From Candidatus Hodarchaeota archaeon (GTDB taxonomy: Archaea; Asgardarchaeota; Lokiarchaeia; Sigyniarchaeales; SOKP01), in assembly GCA_048886685.1 (NCBI GenBank), contig JBHLKM010000014.1:32001-96000 (forward strand): a DNA stretch of 64,000 nt, given 5' to 3'. Both the position numbers and the translations under genes were made by a program. Each line of letters starts with the position of its first letter. Position 1 is the stretch's first letter. Shown piece by piece: positions 30,463-39,878 of this stretch. The notes beneath the pieces were generated by a model, which saw nothing but the letters and a program-made list of their open reading frames with translations, was not told the DNA's origin and searched no databases.

Positions 30463-31449
30463 TTAATATTTTTTCAAAATTTCATTAAACACTGATTCTT
30501 CAATATTACCGCCACTTATCACCGCTACTACATTTTTACTTAGGAACTTTTGTTTTTTCTCGAGGATATGAGCAACGACCGTGGCTCCAGCCCCTTCAAC
30601 GATTTGACCTTCATTCTCCCACAAAAGGTAGATTGCTTTTTCAACACTATCCTCCTTTACCAACACAATCTCATCTACACATTTTTTTATTATCTCAAAA
30701 GTAATGGCATCAGATTCAAGCCCACCTAACAGTCCCTCTGCTATAGTATTAAATTCTTCGATGTCTACGATTTTACCAACTTTCCAAGATTCATACATAG
30801 TTGAGGCTCCTTTAGTTTGAACACCAATTATTTCAATATTTGGATTTAGGGATTTAGCAGTGAAAGCGATTCCAGAGATTAAGCCGCCCCCTCCGATGGG
30901 GACAATTATTATATCTACATTTTTAAGATCCTTATAAATTTCAAGAGCTATTGTTCCCTGACCCGTTATAATATTAATATCATTATACGGACTAATATAA
31001 GTTATATTCTCTTTTATAGACAAGTTCCTTGCTTTTGTCTCAATTTCATTGAAGTCTCCTTCTTGAATGATAGATACATCGTATTTTTTGATTTTATTTA
31101 ATTTAACTTCAGAAATATTAATAGGAACTACGATTTTAGCAGGGATTCCTAAATGTTGTGCTGCTAATCCTATTCCTTGAGCGTGATTTCCCGATGAGGC
31201 TGTAATAATTCCATGTATCTTTTCATTGGAACTCAACTGTAACATACGGTTTAAGGCTCCACGAATTTTAAAAGCATTAGTGAGTTGTAAATTTTCCAAC
31301 TTCAAATAAACATTACTATGACATAATTTACTAAAATATCCTGAATGAATGAGAGGAGTTTTTCTAATAAATCCTTTAATCTTTTGATGAGCTTTTTTAA
31401 TTGCTTCTAAAGTTAAATCATTCATTTTTATATTTCCTAATCTCTTCAA
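30463..31449 (-). CDS. Threonine/serine dehydratase (no ACT domain)
   Basis: KLENLQLTNAFKIRGA, SSGNHAQG, GGGGLISG, SGGN. Confidence 0.92.
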   Translation of the reverse strand: MKRLGNIKMNDLTLEAIKKAHQKIKGFIRKTPLIHSGYFSKLCHSNVYLKLENLQLTNAFKIRGALNRMLQLSSNEKIHGIITASSGNHAQGIGLAAQHLGIPAKIVVPINISEVKLNKIKKYDVSIIQEGDFNEIETKARNLSIKENITYISPYNDINIITGQGTIALEIYKDLKNVDIIIVPIGGGGLISGIAFTAKSLNPNIEIIGVQTKGASTMYESWKVGKIVDIEEFNTIAEGLLGGLESDAITFEIIKKCVDEIVLVKEDSVEKAIYLLWENEGQIVEGAGATVVAHILEKKQKFLSKNVVAVISGGNIEESVFNEILKKY

Positions 31450-31548
31450 TTTCTAAATTAACATCATTTTAGATAGTATTTTTATTAGAATCAAATTATT
31501 TAAGAATGGATTTAATAATAATGATATCACATAAAAAAAAATAACAAT

Positions 31549-32334
31549 ATGTTAGATAAGATATGGAATCTTCGTGATTATGTTTAAAAAATTGAAGATA
31601 CTAAAGAGGAAATAATAAATCACTTAAAATCCATTAAAGATCTGGATGATTCAACTAGAAATATATGGACTGCTGACGTTAAGGAATTTTTCCATAATGC
31701 TGTTTCTGCTTGGGAAGTACTTACAGCGATTACAGAAGGGGAACCTGATTTGAAAAACGTTGACAATTCAAAAAGTTTCTTATGTGCTGCCAGAAATCGC
31801 CTTTCTCAAATAATGAGTGAACTCAAAATGTTTCATAGTAAAGAACCGTCAATTCTTATTGAAAAGATTAAAACAGCTTTTAAAGAATGTTGGGACTCGT
31901 TTTGGATTGTTTTTAAGAGTTTATTACCTGAAAAAGAATTTGTGAAGCCTAAAAAAAGAGTGATTAAAGTATCTGATTTAGAATATCACCTTCCTTGTTC
32001 TGTATGTAGTAAAATTGCTGTTAAATTTAAAATTGGTTATAGAAGATTAGATGAAAAGGAATCTCTTGTGTTTAGGGGGATTACACTTGAAACCTCCTTA
32101 AAAGTTGAATTAGCAGAGATATTATTTAAGATTTTACAGAAAAAGAACCTTTTAGGCGTTCATAATTTCATGCAAAAATATCATTCATTTGAAGGAGTGG
32201 ATACATATTGCCCTGAATGTGATGAGATTTATTGTTGGGAGCATTAAAATGCAAGAGAAGAATATGATGATGGATTTTATGATTTTAATTATGGTGAATG
32301 CCCAAAGGGTCATATAAGAATGATTGATGATTGA
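31549..32334 (+). pseudogene. Interrupted gene for a Cys/His (zinc-binding) hypothetical protein
   Basis: One frame from ATG 31549 to TGA 32334 with in-frame TAA at 31585 and 32245; continues ...YCPECDEIYCWEH*NAREEYDDGFYDFNYGECPKGHIRMIDD. Confidence 0.75.
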
Positions 32335-32417
32335 ATAATTGATTCTAATAATAAAGTTAAAATCTTGTCAATCCCTTAACTTATCAAGTTTCTATAAAAA
32401 TACTGAGAGATCTTATA

Positions 32418-32933
32418 ATGGAATTTTATGAAGTAGTTAGGAAAAGGAGAAGCTATCGAGTTTTTAAACCAGATATGCCTGAAAAAGAAAAAGTTGACAG
32501 AATTTTAGAATCAGCCCGTTTAGCGCCAACTTGGGCCAATTCACAATGCGTTTCATATATTGTGGTTCAAGAACCAGAGAATGTTAAGGCAGTTTGGCAA
32601 GCAGTAGGACAAAGGCAAAAATTTACTGAAGCACCTATGTTCATAGTAGGAATAGTTTCTGAGAAAACTTCTGGAACTAATTTGAATGGTGAAAAGTACT
32701 ATGGTGTAGATTTTGGTATTTGCTTTGAACATCTAATATTAGCTGCAACAGCTGAAGGCTTAGCAACATGCTGGATTGGATGGTTTAATGAAAGGAAAGT
32801 TAAAGAAGTATTAAATATTCCAGATAAATACAAGGTAATGGGCCTAACACCACTGGGGTATCCCGTGAAATCTAAAGGTGAAATTACCGATCGTAAACCT
32901 TTGGAGAAAATAGTACATTATGAAAAATTCTAA
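32418..32933 (+). CDS. Nitroreductase family protein
   Basis: KRRSYR, APTWANSQ, GLATCWIG, LGYP. Confidence 0.92.
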   Translation: MEFYEVVRKRRSYRVFKPDMPEKEKVDRILESARLAPTWANSQCVSYIVVQEPENVKAVWQAVGQRQKFTEAPMFIVGIVSEKTSGTNLNGEKYYGVDFGICFEHLILAATAEGLATCWIGWFNERKVKEVLNIPDKYKVMGLTPLGYPVKSKGEITDRKPLEKIVHYEKF

Positions 32934-32973
32934 CATAGATCTTTTTTTTATTTATTTTTAAGGTAAGACTAAT

Positions 32974-33171
32974 TTGAGAGAACGAGAGTGCTTTAAGTGT
33001 GGAAAAGTACTGGATTATGATAGTTTTATTAAAAATGTCAATCCAAATGACATCGAAAAATTAACAAATATTTGGAATAGTGATCATGTAGAATTTTTCT
33101 GTTGCCGATGTTACAGCTTCAAGATTAAGTACCAACCCCACAACGATATAGAAGATTTTTCTTATTATTAA
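32974..33171 (+). CDS. Small Zn-finger protein (RxCxxCGK...W...CCxC)
   Basis: RECFKCGK..NIWNSDHVEFFCCRCY; TTG start with AAGGT upstream; same pattern as 19772..19996. Confidence 0.75.
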   Translation: MRERECFKCGKVLDYDSFIKNVNPNDIEKLTNIWNSDHVEFFCCRCYSFKIKYQPHNDIEDFSYY

Positions 33172-33196
33172 CATTTTGTTGTATTGAAAAAAAATA

Positions 33197-33604
33197 TTAG
33201 TTTTCCTTGAGTTCTTTTAGTAGTTCTTCTAATATTTGTATAACACGCTCTTTTTGTGTATATAATGCATTGGGATAATTATAACTAAATGTACGCCAGT
33301 ATGGTCGCTTATGACCGATTTTAAATTTAACTCCTTTCATAGAGGTCATATAAGAGTTCTCATCAATCTTAGTAGCTATTTGATCAGCAATAATGTACCA
33401 ATGAAATTTCGTTTTTCTAGCTGCTCCCGAATTTCTTGGAGCAGGTGTTAATCTTGTTTTAAGACTGTCAAAGGTAAAGATCCATTTGTCAGGAGCTTTT
33501 TTAGTTTCAAACCATTTTCCATTATTATAATTCCAAGAATGAGAGCCTCCAACTTTCATTCCTGAATAAATTTTTTTATCGTGAATCTTAAGAGTATCAT
33601 ACAT
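33197..33604 (-). CDS. Conserved hypothetical protein (aromatic/basic)
   Basis: YSGMKVGGSHSWNY..HWYIIADQ..KIGHKR; protein-like. Confidence 0.7.
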   Translation of the reverse strand: MYDTLKIHDKKIYSGMKVGGSHSWNYNNGKWFETKKAPDKWIFTFDSLKTRLTPAPRNSGAARKTKFHWYIIADQIATKIDENSYMTSMKGVKFKIGHKRPYWRTFSYNYPNALYTQKERVIQILEELLKELKEN

Positions 33605-33771
33605 TTTAGTTTTTTAATTACAATACTTTTATTAAAAAATCATGAATCACAAAAATAACACTGTTTATATACCTTTAAAGACTCATGATTTTTTATTTAC
33701 CCCTGAATTTGATTTATACGTGAATCTCTAAACAAAATTAATAAGTAAAAATTTTGAATTAAAAAATTGAA

Positions 33772-34209
33772 TTATTTGGTACGCCACTCATACTTTTTTG
33801 GGCCAGTAAATAGTAGAAAGAGAGCAACGATTAATATTGGTATTCCACCCCACCAAGTGAAAATTTCAAGAATTATAAACCAAAAAAGCATCCATGGAAA
33901 TCTAAAGTTTCCCAACTCAATAACCCAATCTAATAGAAAATCCCAATCTTTATCGGCACATTTATCAGAAAATTTTGGTTTAATAATGGCATATGATATT
34001 ACAATTGTAATCACACCACCGATGATCATAAAAATAAAACCCTCAATGCCAATTCCTAATAAAAAAGTGCCAACAACTGTTGCTCCATAAAATCCCCATA
34101 TAAAAGAGCTAATTCCGCTTATAATTCCGATGATCCATGCCCATTTCCCCAGATCAGAAACAAATTTTTCGTATTTTGACCAATTGGGGTTTCCTTCTTC
34201 AATTCCCAT
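33772..34209 (-). CDS. Hypothetical membrane protein
   Basis: 3-4 hydrophobic segments, FPWMLFW; GAGGAT upstream. Confidence 0.7.
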   Translation of the reverse strand: MGIEEGNPNWSKYEKFVSDLGKWAWIIGIISGISSFIWGFYGATVVGTFLLGIGIEGFIFMIIGGVITIVISYAIIKPKFSDKCADKDWDFLLDWVIELGNFRFPWMLFWFIILEIFTWWGGIPILIVALFLLFTGPKKYEWRTK

Positions 34210-34355
34210 ATTCTTATCCTCTTTTTTCTATAACAATCTTAAAAAATTAGATATGATATATTAAGCACACAAATATTTAAAGAATGTTAAGGAATAGGCA
34301 TGATAGGGAAATTTAATTAACTTTTAATTTTGAGTTTGTTGAAAAAATAGTTCCT

Positions 34356-35813
34356 TTAAGATCGTGGTTCTAATATCTCTCCTACGTAATAAAAGCCAAC
34401 TAAATTACCCCTCCTTTCAAATTTCCTTGAGACCAATAAGATAATTACATGTTCATTTTCGTCAAGCAAATTAATACCAACAGCGTGCTTTACTGATTGT
34501 TCTATTATTTCTTCAGCATCCATATGGAAAAAATCAATATTTTCTATATGGACTGGTTGTACTCCCCAAACAAGCCCTAATTCACGTGCGGTCCTCTTTA
34601 AAGGCGTAATTGCGACAATCGGTAATGGAGGACGATATTTAGCTATCATTCGTGCACCATACCCTCTCCGTGTAATAACAAGAATTTTCCCCCTGAAATT
34701 TAACTCTTGCATTTCTTCTGCTAAAGCATGAATCGCGTGTCCTAAAGTCTGTGTGTGGGTAAGTCTATCAGAATCAAATTCATCTGGAACTCTCCGTGGC
34801 ATATTTTCAGTTGCTGTTTTAGCAATTTGATTCATATATTGTACAGCATTGATAGGAAACTTGCCTACTGCCGTTTCACCTGAGAGCATTACAGCATCAC
34901 TCCCATCAAAAACCGCATTAAATACATCATTAGCTTCAGCTCGAGTAGGGATAGGTGCGTTAATCATAGATTCGAGCATTTGAGTTGCGACAATGACAGG
35001 TTTTCCTTCCTTATTACATTTGTAAATCATATCTTTTTGTTTTAAAGGCACTTTATCAGGATCAATTTCTACACCTAAATCACCTCGAGCTACCATTATT
35101 CCATCACTTACTTCTAGTATGGCATCAAAATTATCTAAAGCAATGGGTCTTTCAATTTTAGAAATGAGTTTAATATTATCATTTCCATGATTTTCAAGTA
35201 TTCTTTTCACATGAAGTATATCACTACTATCTGAAACAAAAGAAATTGCTACGTATTCTGGATCTAACTCAGCAATAAGTTCTAAATCTTTAATATCTTT
35301 TTCTGTGGGAACTCTTTGCTGTAATTCGCCTGATGGAATATTAACTCCCTTTCTATTGCTAATCATTCCACCAGCTAAGACTTCTCCAATAATATGATCT
35401 TCTAGCTTATTTTTTACTCTAATCTTGATAATCCCATCATTTACAAAAAATATATCCCCAACTCTCATAATGTTCAAAAATCCATCTAATGGTATTGAGA
35501 ATTGATCTTGATCTCCTTCAATCTCTTTCTCAAAAACTTTAACTTCTTGTCCAATGTTTAAATTATAGGCTTTTTCATCTTTAAACACCCCAACTCTAAT
35601 TTTTGGGCCTTGAATATCGGCTAAAATTCCCACATAATCATCTATTCCTCTAATTTTTTTAATTAATTCTCTTTTTTCGTCATGTGTACCATGCGAGAAG
35701 TTTAAACGGAATATATCTACCCCTGCTTCAGTTAATTTTTTTAACATTTGTTTAGAGCTGGAGGCTGGTCCAAGGGTACTGACAATTTTAACTGTGTTCT
35801 CCCTTAGTGACAT
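34356..35813 (-). CDS. pyk: Pyruvate kinase
   Basis: TLGPAS, RLNFSHG, DIQGPKIR, MVARGDLGVE, ATQMLESM, MLSGETA. Confidence 0.98.
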   Translation of the reverse strand: MSLRENTVKIVSTLGPASSSKQMLKKLTEAGVDIFRLNFSHGTHDEKRELIKKIRGIDDYVGILADIQGPKIRVGVFKDEKAYNLNIGQEVKVFEKEIEGDQDQFSIPLDGFLNIMRVGDIFFVNDGIIKIRVKNKLEDHIIGEVLAGGMISNRKGVNIPSGELQQRVPTEKDIKDLELIAELDPEYVAISFVSDSSDILHVKRILENHGNDNIKLISKIERPIALDNFDAILEVSDGIMVARGDLGVEIDPDKVPLKQKDMIYKCNKEGKPVIVATQMLESMINAPIPTRAEANDVFNAVFDGSDAVMLSGETAVGKFPINAVQYMNQIAKTATENMPRRVPDEFDSDRLTHTQTLGHAIHALAEEMQELNFRGKILVITRRGYGARMIAKYRPPLPIVAITPLKRTARELGLVWGVQPVHIENIDFFHMDAEEIIEQSVKHAVGINLLDENEHVIILLVSRKFERRGNLVGFYYVGEILEPRS

Positions 35814-35898
35814 TTTTGCTCATTTCCTTGATTTTGTAAATTAAATAACTTTGGGATATAAAAATAATTAATAATATTATTGTATTTATACTTAAAAA

Positions 35899-36369
35899 TT
35901 ATTCATTTTCTACAAGTTTCTTTATTTTTATTAATTTTTCTCGGAAATCTTTTCTAAATGCTTTTAAAATTTCAATAGAATTGCTATAGTCTTTTGGACT
36001 TTTGATTTCTTTCATAGAAAGTAATTGAGTTCTTAATGTCTTAGGATAAATGGAATATTGAATTAATTTTAAATCATTTTTAATAGCGAATCCTTTCGCA
36101 AGCTGAACAAGTAAATCAGAGCTATTAGCCGCTAGTGTAATTGCTAAAAAATATCGCAGTTTTGGTTGTTTTAAATGACTTTTTACGATAATAAAATAAA
36201 ATCTCTTAATAAATTCGTTCATATCATATATAGATTTTACTGGTAAAGAAATAAGCGTATTATCAATGAGCTCAGCTATTGGTGCTCTTTTTCCTCTAAC
36301 TTTTTTAATATCCTTGATTATTTCGCTTTCAATAAAGGATTTTAATTCTATTTCACTGATGATTGGCAT
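35899..36369 (-). CDS. Hypothetical protein
   Basis: 156 aa ORF upstream of and co-oriented with pyk. Confidence 0.65.
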   Translation of the reverse strand: MPIISEIELKSFIESEIIKDIKKVRGKRAPIAELIDNTLISLPVKSIYDMNEFIKRFYFIIVKSHLKQPKLRYFLAITLAANSSDLLVQLAKGFAIKNDLKLIQYSIYPKTLRTQLLSMKEIKSPKDYSNSIEILKAFRKDFREKLIKIKKLVENE

Positions 36370-36802
36370 ATTTTTTTCATAAAATCTATATCTTAATTAT
36401 TTTATTAAAACTTCTTTTTAATTAAAAAATAGACAGTTTTCTTTAAATGCTTTAAATATAAAGTTCAAATTTAAATAGATCTACCCATAGCACCTTTTTT
36501 TTAAATTAAACTAAAGATTTAAATAGTTCCTTTTGTTTAATATAGATGGCACCGACGTTAAAAGAAAATTCTCTATTAAAGGGTTCAGAGTAATACAAAG
36601 CGCATCAACAGTTTCTATAATTAAGGATTTTATCCATTTCAAAATCTAGCAGAATTAAAAAAAATATTGTTGTAAAAATATGGAAATAATCCCAGCAGTA
36701 AAAAAAAATCATATAGCAATACAAAAGTTTATCGATTGGGATAAATGTAAGAACATGTTTTATAACAACATATATTTAGACAAGTGGAAACTAGTAATAA
36801 AA

Positions 36803-36892
36803 ATGCCACTCATTCCAAGAGAAGACTCTGATGAAGATATTAAAATAAAAAAGTTCGACCTTGAGAAGTACACTTATTTATGCTCTTACTGA
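36803..36892 (+). CDS. Candidate 29-aa peptide (3' part of track ORF 36680..36892)
   Basis: MPLIPREDSDEDIKIKKFDLEKYTYLCSY; TATATTTA about 25-30 nt upstream of ATG 36803. Confidence 0.3.
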   Translation: MPLIPREDSDEDIKIKKFDLEKYTYLCSY

Positions 36893-37030
36893 TTTATTCC
36901 TTGGATTTTTCCTTTTTATCTTTAATATATCATTCCAGCACTTAAAACACATGTATGAACTTCCGTCTTCTCCTAAGACTAAATCTTTGGTAGATCGAAT
37001 CATTCCGCAAATATTACATTTGTTCAACAT
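36878..37030 (-). CDS. 50-aa CxxC..CxxC zinc-finger microprotein (not in ORF track)
   Basis: MLNKCNICGMIRSTKDLVLGEDGSSYMCFKCWNDILKIKRKNPRNKSVRA; starts about 30 nt after the upstream co-oriented stop. Confidence 0.6.
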   Translation of the reverse strand: MLNKCNICGMIRSTKDLVLGEDGSSYMCFKCWNDILKIKRKNPRNKSVRA

Positions 37031-37059
37031 AACTAGTTTTTGACCTTAATGAAAGTATA

Positions 37060-37695
37060 TTAATCAAATTTTATCCAGGTTCTCAATGCTGTATATTTTT
37101 GTAGCTTTTCTGTAGCAGATTCAATTTCTTCCTGAGTCATGAAATATTTTTTGATTCCTTGTCTCTTGAGATCTTCAATTTTTTTATCAATAACATTCAT
37201 TATCTTATTTGAAAGTTTTTTTGTATATTTAGCACTTCTATCTTTAAGAGTCCTATCATTAATTTCAAGAGATTTTAATTCATCAATATATCCTTGTTTA
37301 TCCAGATTATCTAATTTATACTGTAAAAAACTCATGCTTAGCTCACGTAATTGTAATGCTGCATTCACAATATGACCATGATCTCCATATCTGCCTGTGA
37401 ATACTTGGATCGTATCCCAAATAATTATAATCATAATAAATAAAGCGATTATATCTGCGAAAAGGAGATATACTCTAAATTCTGTAAAATTATTAGAAAA
37501 TGCCGTAAAAATTAATGAAATTGCTGCAATAAAGCTTAAAATTAATAGAACTAATAGTTTGATTTTCCTACTCTTCTCAGATTTATCCCAAAGTATAGTA
37601 TGTGTTGCTTCCAAGTCGATTGATCTATTATAACTGACTTTAATTTTAGCTATTGAAAGCTCTTTAAGTTCTTCTAACTCACTTTCCATCTTCAT
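37060..37695 (-). CDS. Two-TM protein, SLATT-like
   Basis: N-terminal helix with H, TM hairpin, then H...A.QLRE helical tail. Confidence 0.55.
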   Translation of the reverse strand: MKMESELEELKELSIAKIKVSYNRSIDLEATHTILWDKSEKSRKIKLLVLLILSFIAAISLIFTAFSNNFTEFRVYLLFADIIALFIMIIIIWDTIQVFTGRYGDHGHIVNAALQLRELSMSFLQYKLDNLDKQGYIDELKSLEINDRTLKDRSAKYTKKLSNKIMNVIDKKIEDLKRQGIKKYFMTQEEIESATEKLQKYTALRTWIKFD

Positions 37696-37862
37696 ACACT
37701 CATATTTCGTGTGGTGTTAGATATCTATTCGAAATAATATTGATTGATATTATTTATTATAAAGATCTATCAGTTTTCTATTAATAATTTTAACTAAGAA
37801 CCATATAATAATATAATAAATCTATTTCAAATTATAGTTTTATAAAGAGGTAAAAAGCCAAT

Positions 37863-38861
37863 ATGGATATTGGAAATATTGAATCAGGGAATGCTATGGT
37901 GAAAGTTCTGACTACCAATGAAGTAAGCCTTACTATTTTACCCAAAATGAACCTAATAGATAAAGTTAAATATCCTGGTGCTGTTGCAATTAGAGCTAAA
38001 GGAGAACATGGTTTATCTATAATGATTAAAATTGTTGACAGAGAACAGCCTAAATACATTTTAATTGACACAGGAGGTCCAGCTGGAACTATTATAGAGA
38101 ACTGTAAACTGTTTAATATTAATTTGAGTGAAGTTGATAAAATGGTATTAACTCATGGGCATTTCGATCATTTCGGTAGTCTACCAAATGTGATTCCTTT
38201 ATTAAAAGAAGGTTGTGAATTTTACTTGAGTCCTCTCTGTTATGAACAATTCTTTATAGCTGTAAAAAAAACAGGAGAAATTGTTCCTGCTGATAAGTTA
38301 GCGATAGCGTTGAAAGAAGAAAAAGATACATTTGCCATGAGTAGAAAATTACCACCATTAAATAAAAACATGATTACTAATTTAGCAGATAAATATGGAG
38401 TAAAATTAATTGAAACTAATGAACCTATTAAGTTATATGATGGGATAATTACTAGTGGAGAAATTGAGTTGATTGATGAAAGTGAATTGACACCAGGTGT
38501 GTATATAATGAAAAGTCAAAAGGAATTTAAAGAACATAGCTTTAGAGATGAAATCTCGGTTTATATAAACATTAAGGATAAGGGCTTAGTGATTCTTACT
38601 GGATGTGGTCATTGTGGTATAGTAAATATTATTAAACATGCTCAAAAAATAACAGGAATCGACAAAATCTATGCTGTAATAGGAGGATTTCATGAAGAAT
38701 GGAATTCAGAGGAGAAAATTGAGAAAAAAGTTGATTACATTGAACGATTAAGTCCAAGTATTGTTAGCGGAATGCATTGTACTGGCTTCAATTTTAATAA
38801 AGTAATGGCTCGTCATCCCTCTCACACAATAGGAGTAACAGGGACAGAATTTCATTTGTAA
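37863..38861 (+). CDS. Metallo-beta-lactamase-fold hydrolase
   Basis: EHGLS, DTG, THGHFDHFG, TGCGHCG, GGFH, HCTG. Confidence 0.9.
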   Translation: MDIGNIESGNAMVKVLTTNEVSLTILPKMNLIDKVKYPGAVAIRAKGEHGLSIMIKIVDREQPKYILIDTGGPAGTIIENCKLFNINLSEVDKMVLTHGHFDHFGSLPNVIPLLKEGCEFYLSPLCYEQFFIAVKKTGEIVPADKLAIALKEEKDTFAMSRKLPPLNKNMITNLADKYGVKLIETNEPIKLYDGIITSGEIELIDESELTPGVYIMKSQKEFKEHSFRDEISVYINIKDKGLVILTGCGHCGIVNIIKHAQKITGIDKIYAVIGGFHEEWNSEEKIEKKVDYIERLSPSIVSGMHCTGFNFNKVMARHPSHTIGVTGTEFHL

Positions 38862-38916
38862 AATTTAAATAAGAATTTAAGAAAAAAAATTAATATTATT
38901 TACTATATTCTTTTTT

Positions 38917-39699
38917 TTAATCTCTAAAACCATAATATACGTTTATAAGGAGCAACAAAATACCCCGTAAGGTTAATTCAATCCCATATTGAGTTAAAGA
39001 TATTATTTGATAATCAATATCAAATGTGTAGAAAAATAACGCTGTAGTAATAGTAATTAACATAATTATAGATATTAGGCTTTTTCCTGTACTTTTCCAC
39101 CAACTTGGTTCTTTATGCATTAAATTTTCAATAATCTCAACATCGCTAAGAGAAGCATCCATACCAGCAATTTGTTCTCTCAGATTTTTTTTTTCTCTGG
39201 CTTTAGCAATGGATCTAAATAAAGCACCTATCATAAAAAGACCAACTATTAGTAAGATATCGGCAAGAGTATTTGTTATTTGAAAAGTAATATCTGGCAA
39301 CACAAATATTAAAACTTGAATAATCACAAGCATTACAACTAATAAAATTCTTACTGTATACTTCGGTAAATATAGTGGCTTTTTTTCCTTTTTCAAATCT
39401 ATGGTTTTTAAATCTGTAGATTTTAGCTCATCGATAATTTTTTTAATATTTTCTTCAGAACTCTTCCTTGCTTCAAAGTAAAAAGCTATTACAATAAATA
39501 TTGCATTAATAATCAATGGTGGGATAGGTTCGCCAGTTAGTAAATATCCAAAAGGAAAAGACACAATCATGAGAGTAATCAATGCACGAACAGTACCACG
39601 TGGCATTCCAAGAGGTTCGCCCTCAATTTTTCCATCTTGGGAAAACCTGTTTAGTAAAATCCAAAATAATATAATTCCACCTAAAATCCATGAAATCAT
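38917..39699 (-). CDS. Membrane protein with internal duplication
   Basis: PLGMPRGTVRAL.. and PLYLPKYTVRIL.. each precede a TM hairpin. Confidence 0.75.
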   Translation of the reverse strand: MISWILGGIILFWILLNRFSQDGKIEGEPLGMPRGTVRALITLMIVSFPFGYLLTGEPIPPLIINAIFIVIAFYFEARKSSEENIKKIIDELKSTDLKTIDLKKEKKPLYLPKYTVRILLVVMLVIIQVLIFVLPDITFQITNTLADILLIVGLFMIGALFRSIAKAREKKNLREQIAGMDASLSDVEIIENLMHKEPSWWKSTGKSLISIIMLITITTALFFYTFDIDYQIISLTQYGIELTLRGILLLLINVYYGFRD

Positions 39700-39878
39700 A
39701 ATAAGTAAACCTAAAAAATCTAAATATAAATAAATTTGCTATATTTAATATATATCTCTTGTTTCTAAACATTCGATTTCAAGTATTTTACTTATTTAAA
39801 GTGGGAGGAAATAGTTTCGATATTTAAATTATTTCACCTATGAATATGTCTCATAAAATCCTTTCAAGAAGATTAGAA

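Noticed and set aside
31585-32247. Stop-codon recoding (Sec/Pyl) in the interrupted gene
   Set aside because: Both stops are TAA, not TGA or TAG
36506-36637. Minus-strand frame MDKILNYRNC-TGA-CALY..., a possible selenocysteine C-U-C peptide
   Set aside because: No recognisable selenoprotein family and no convincing SECIS; short frames like this arise by chance
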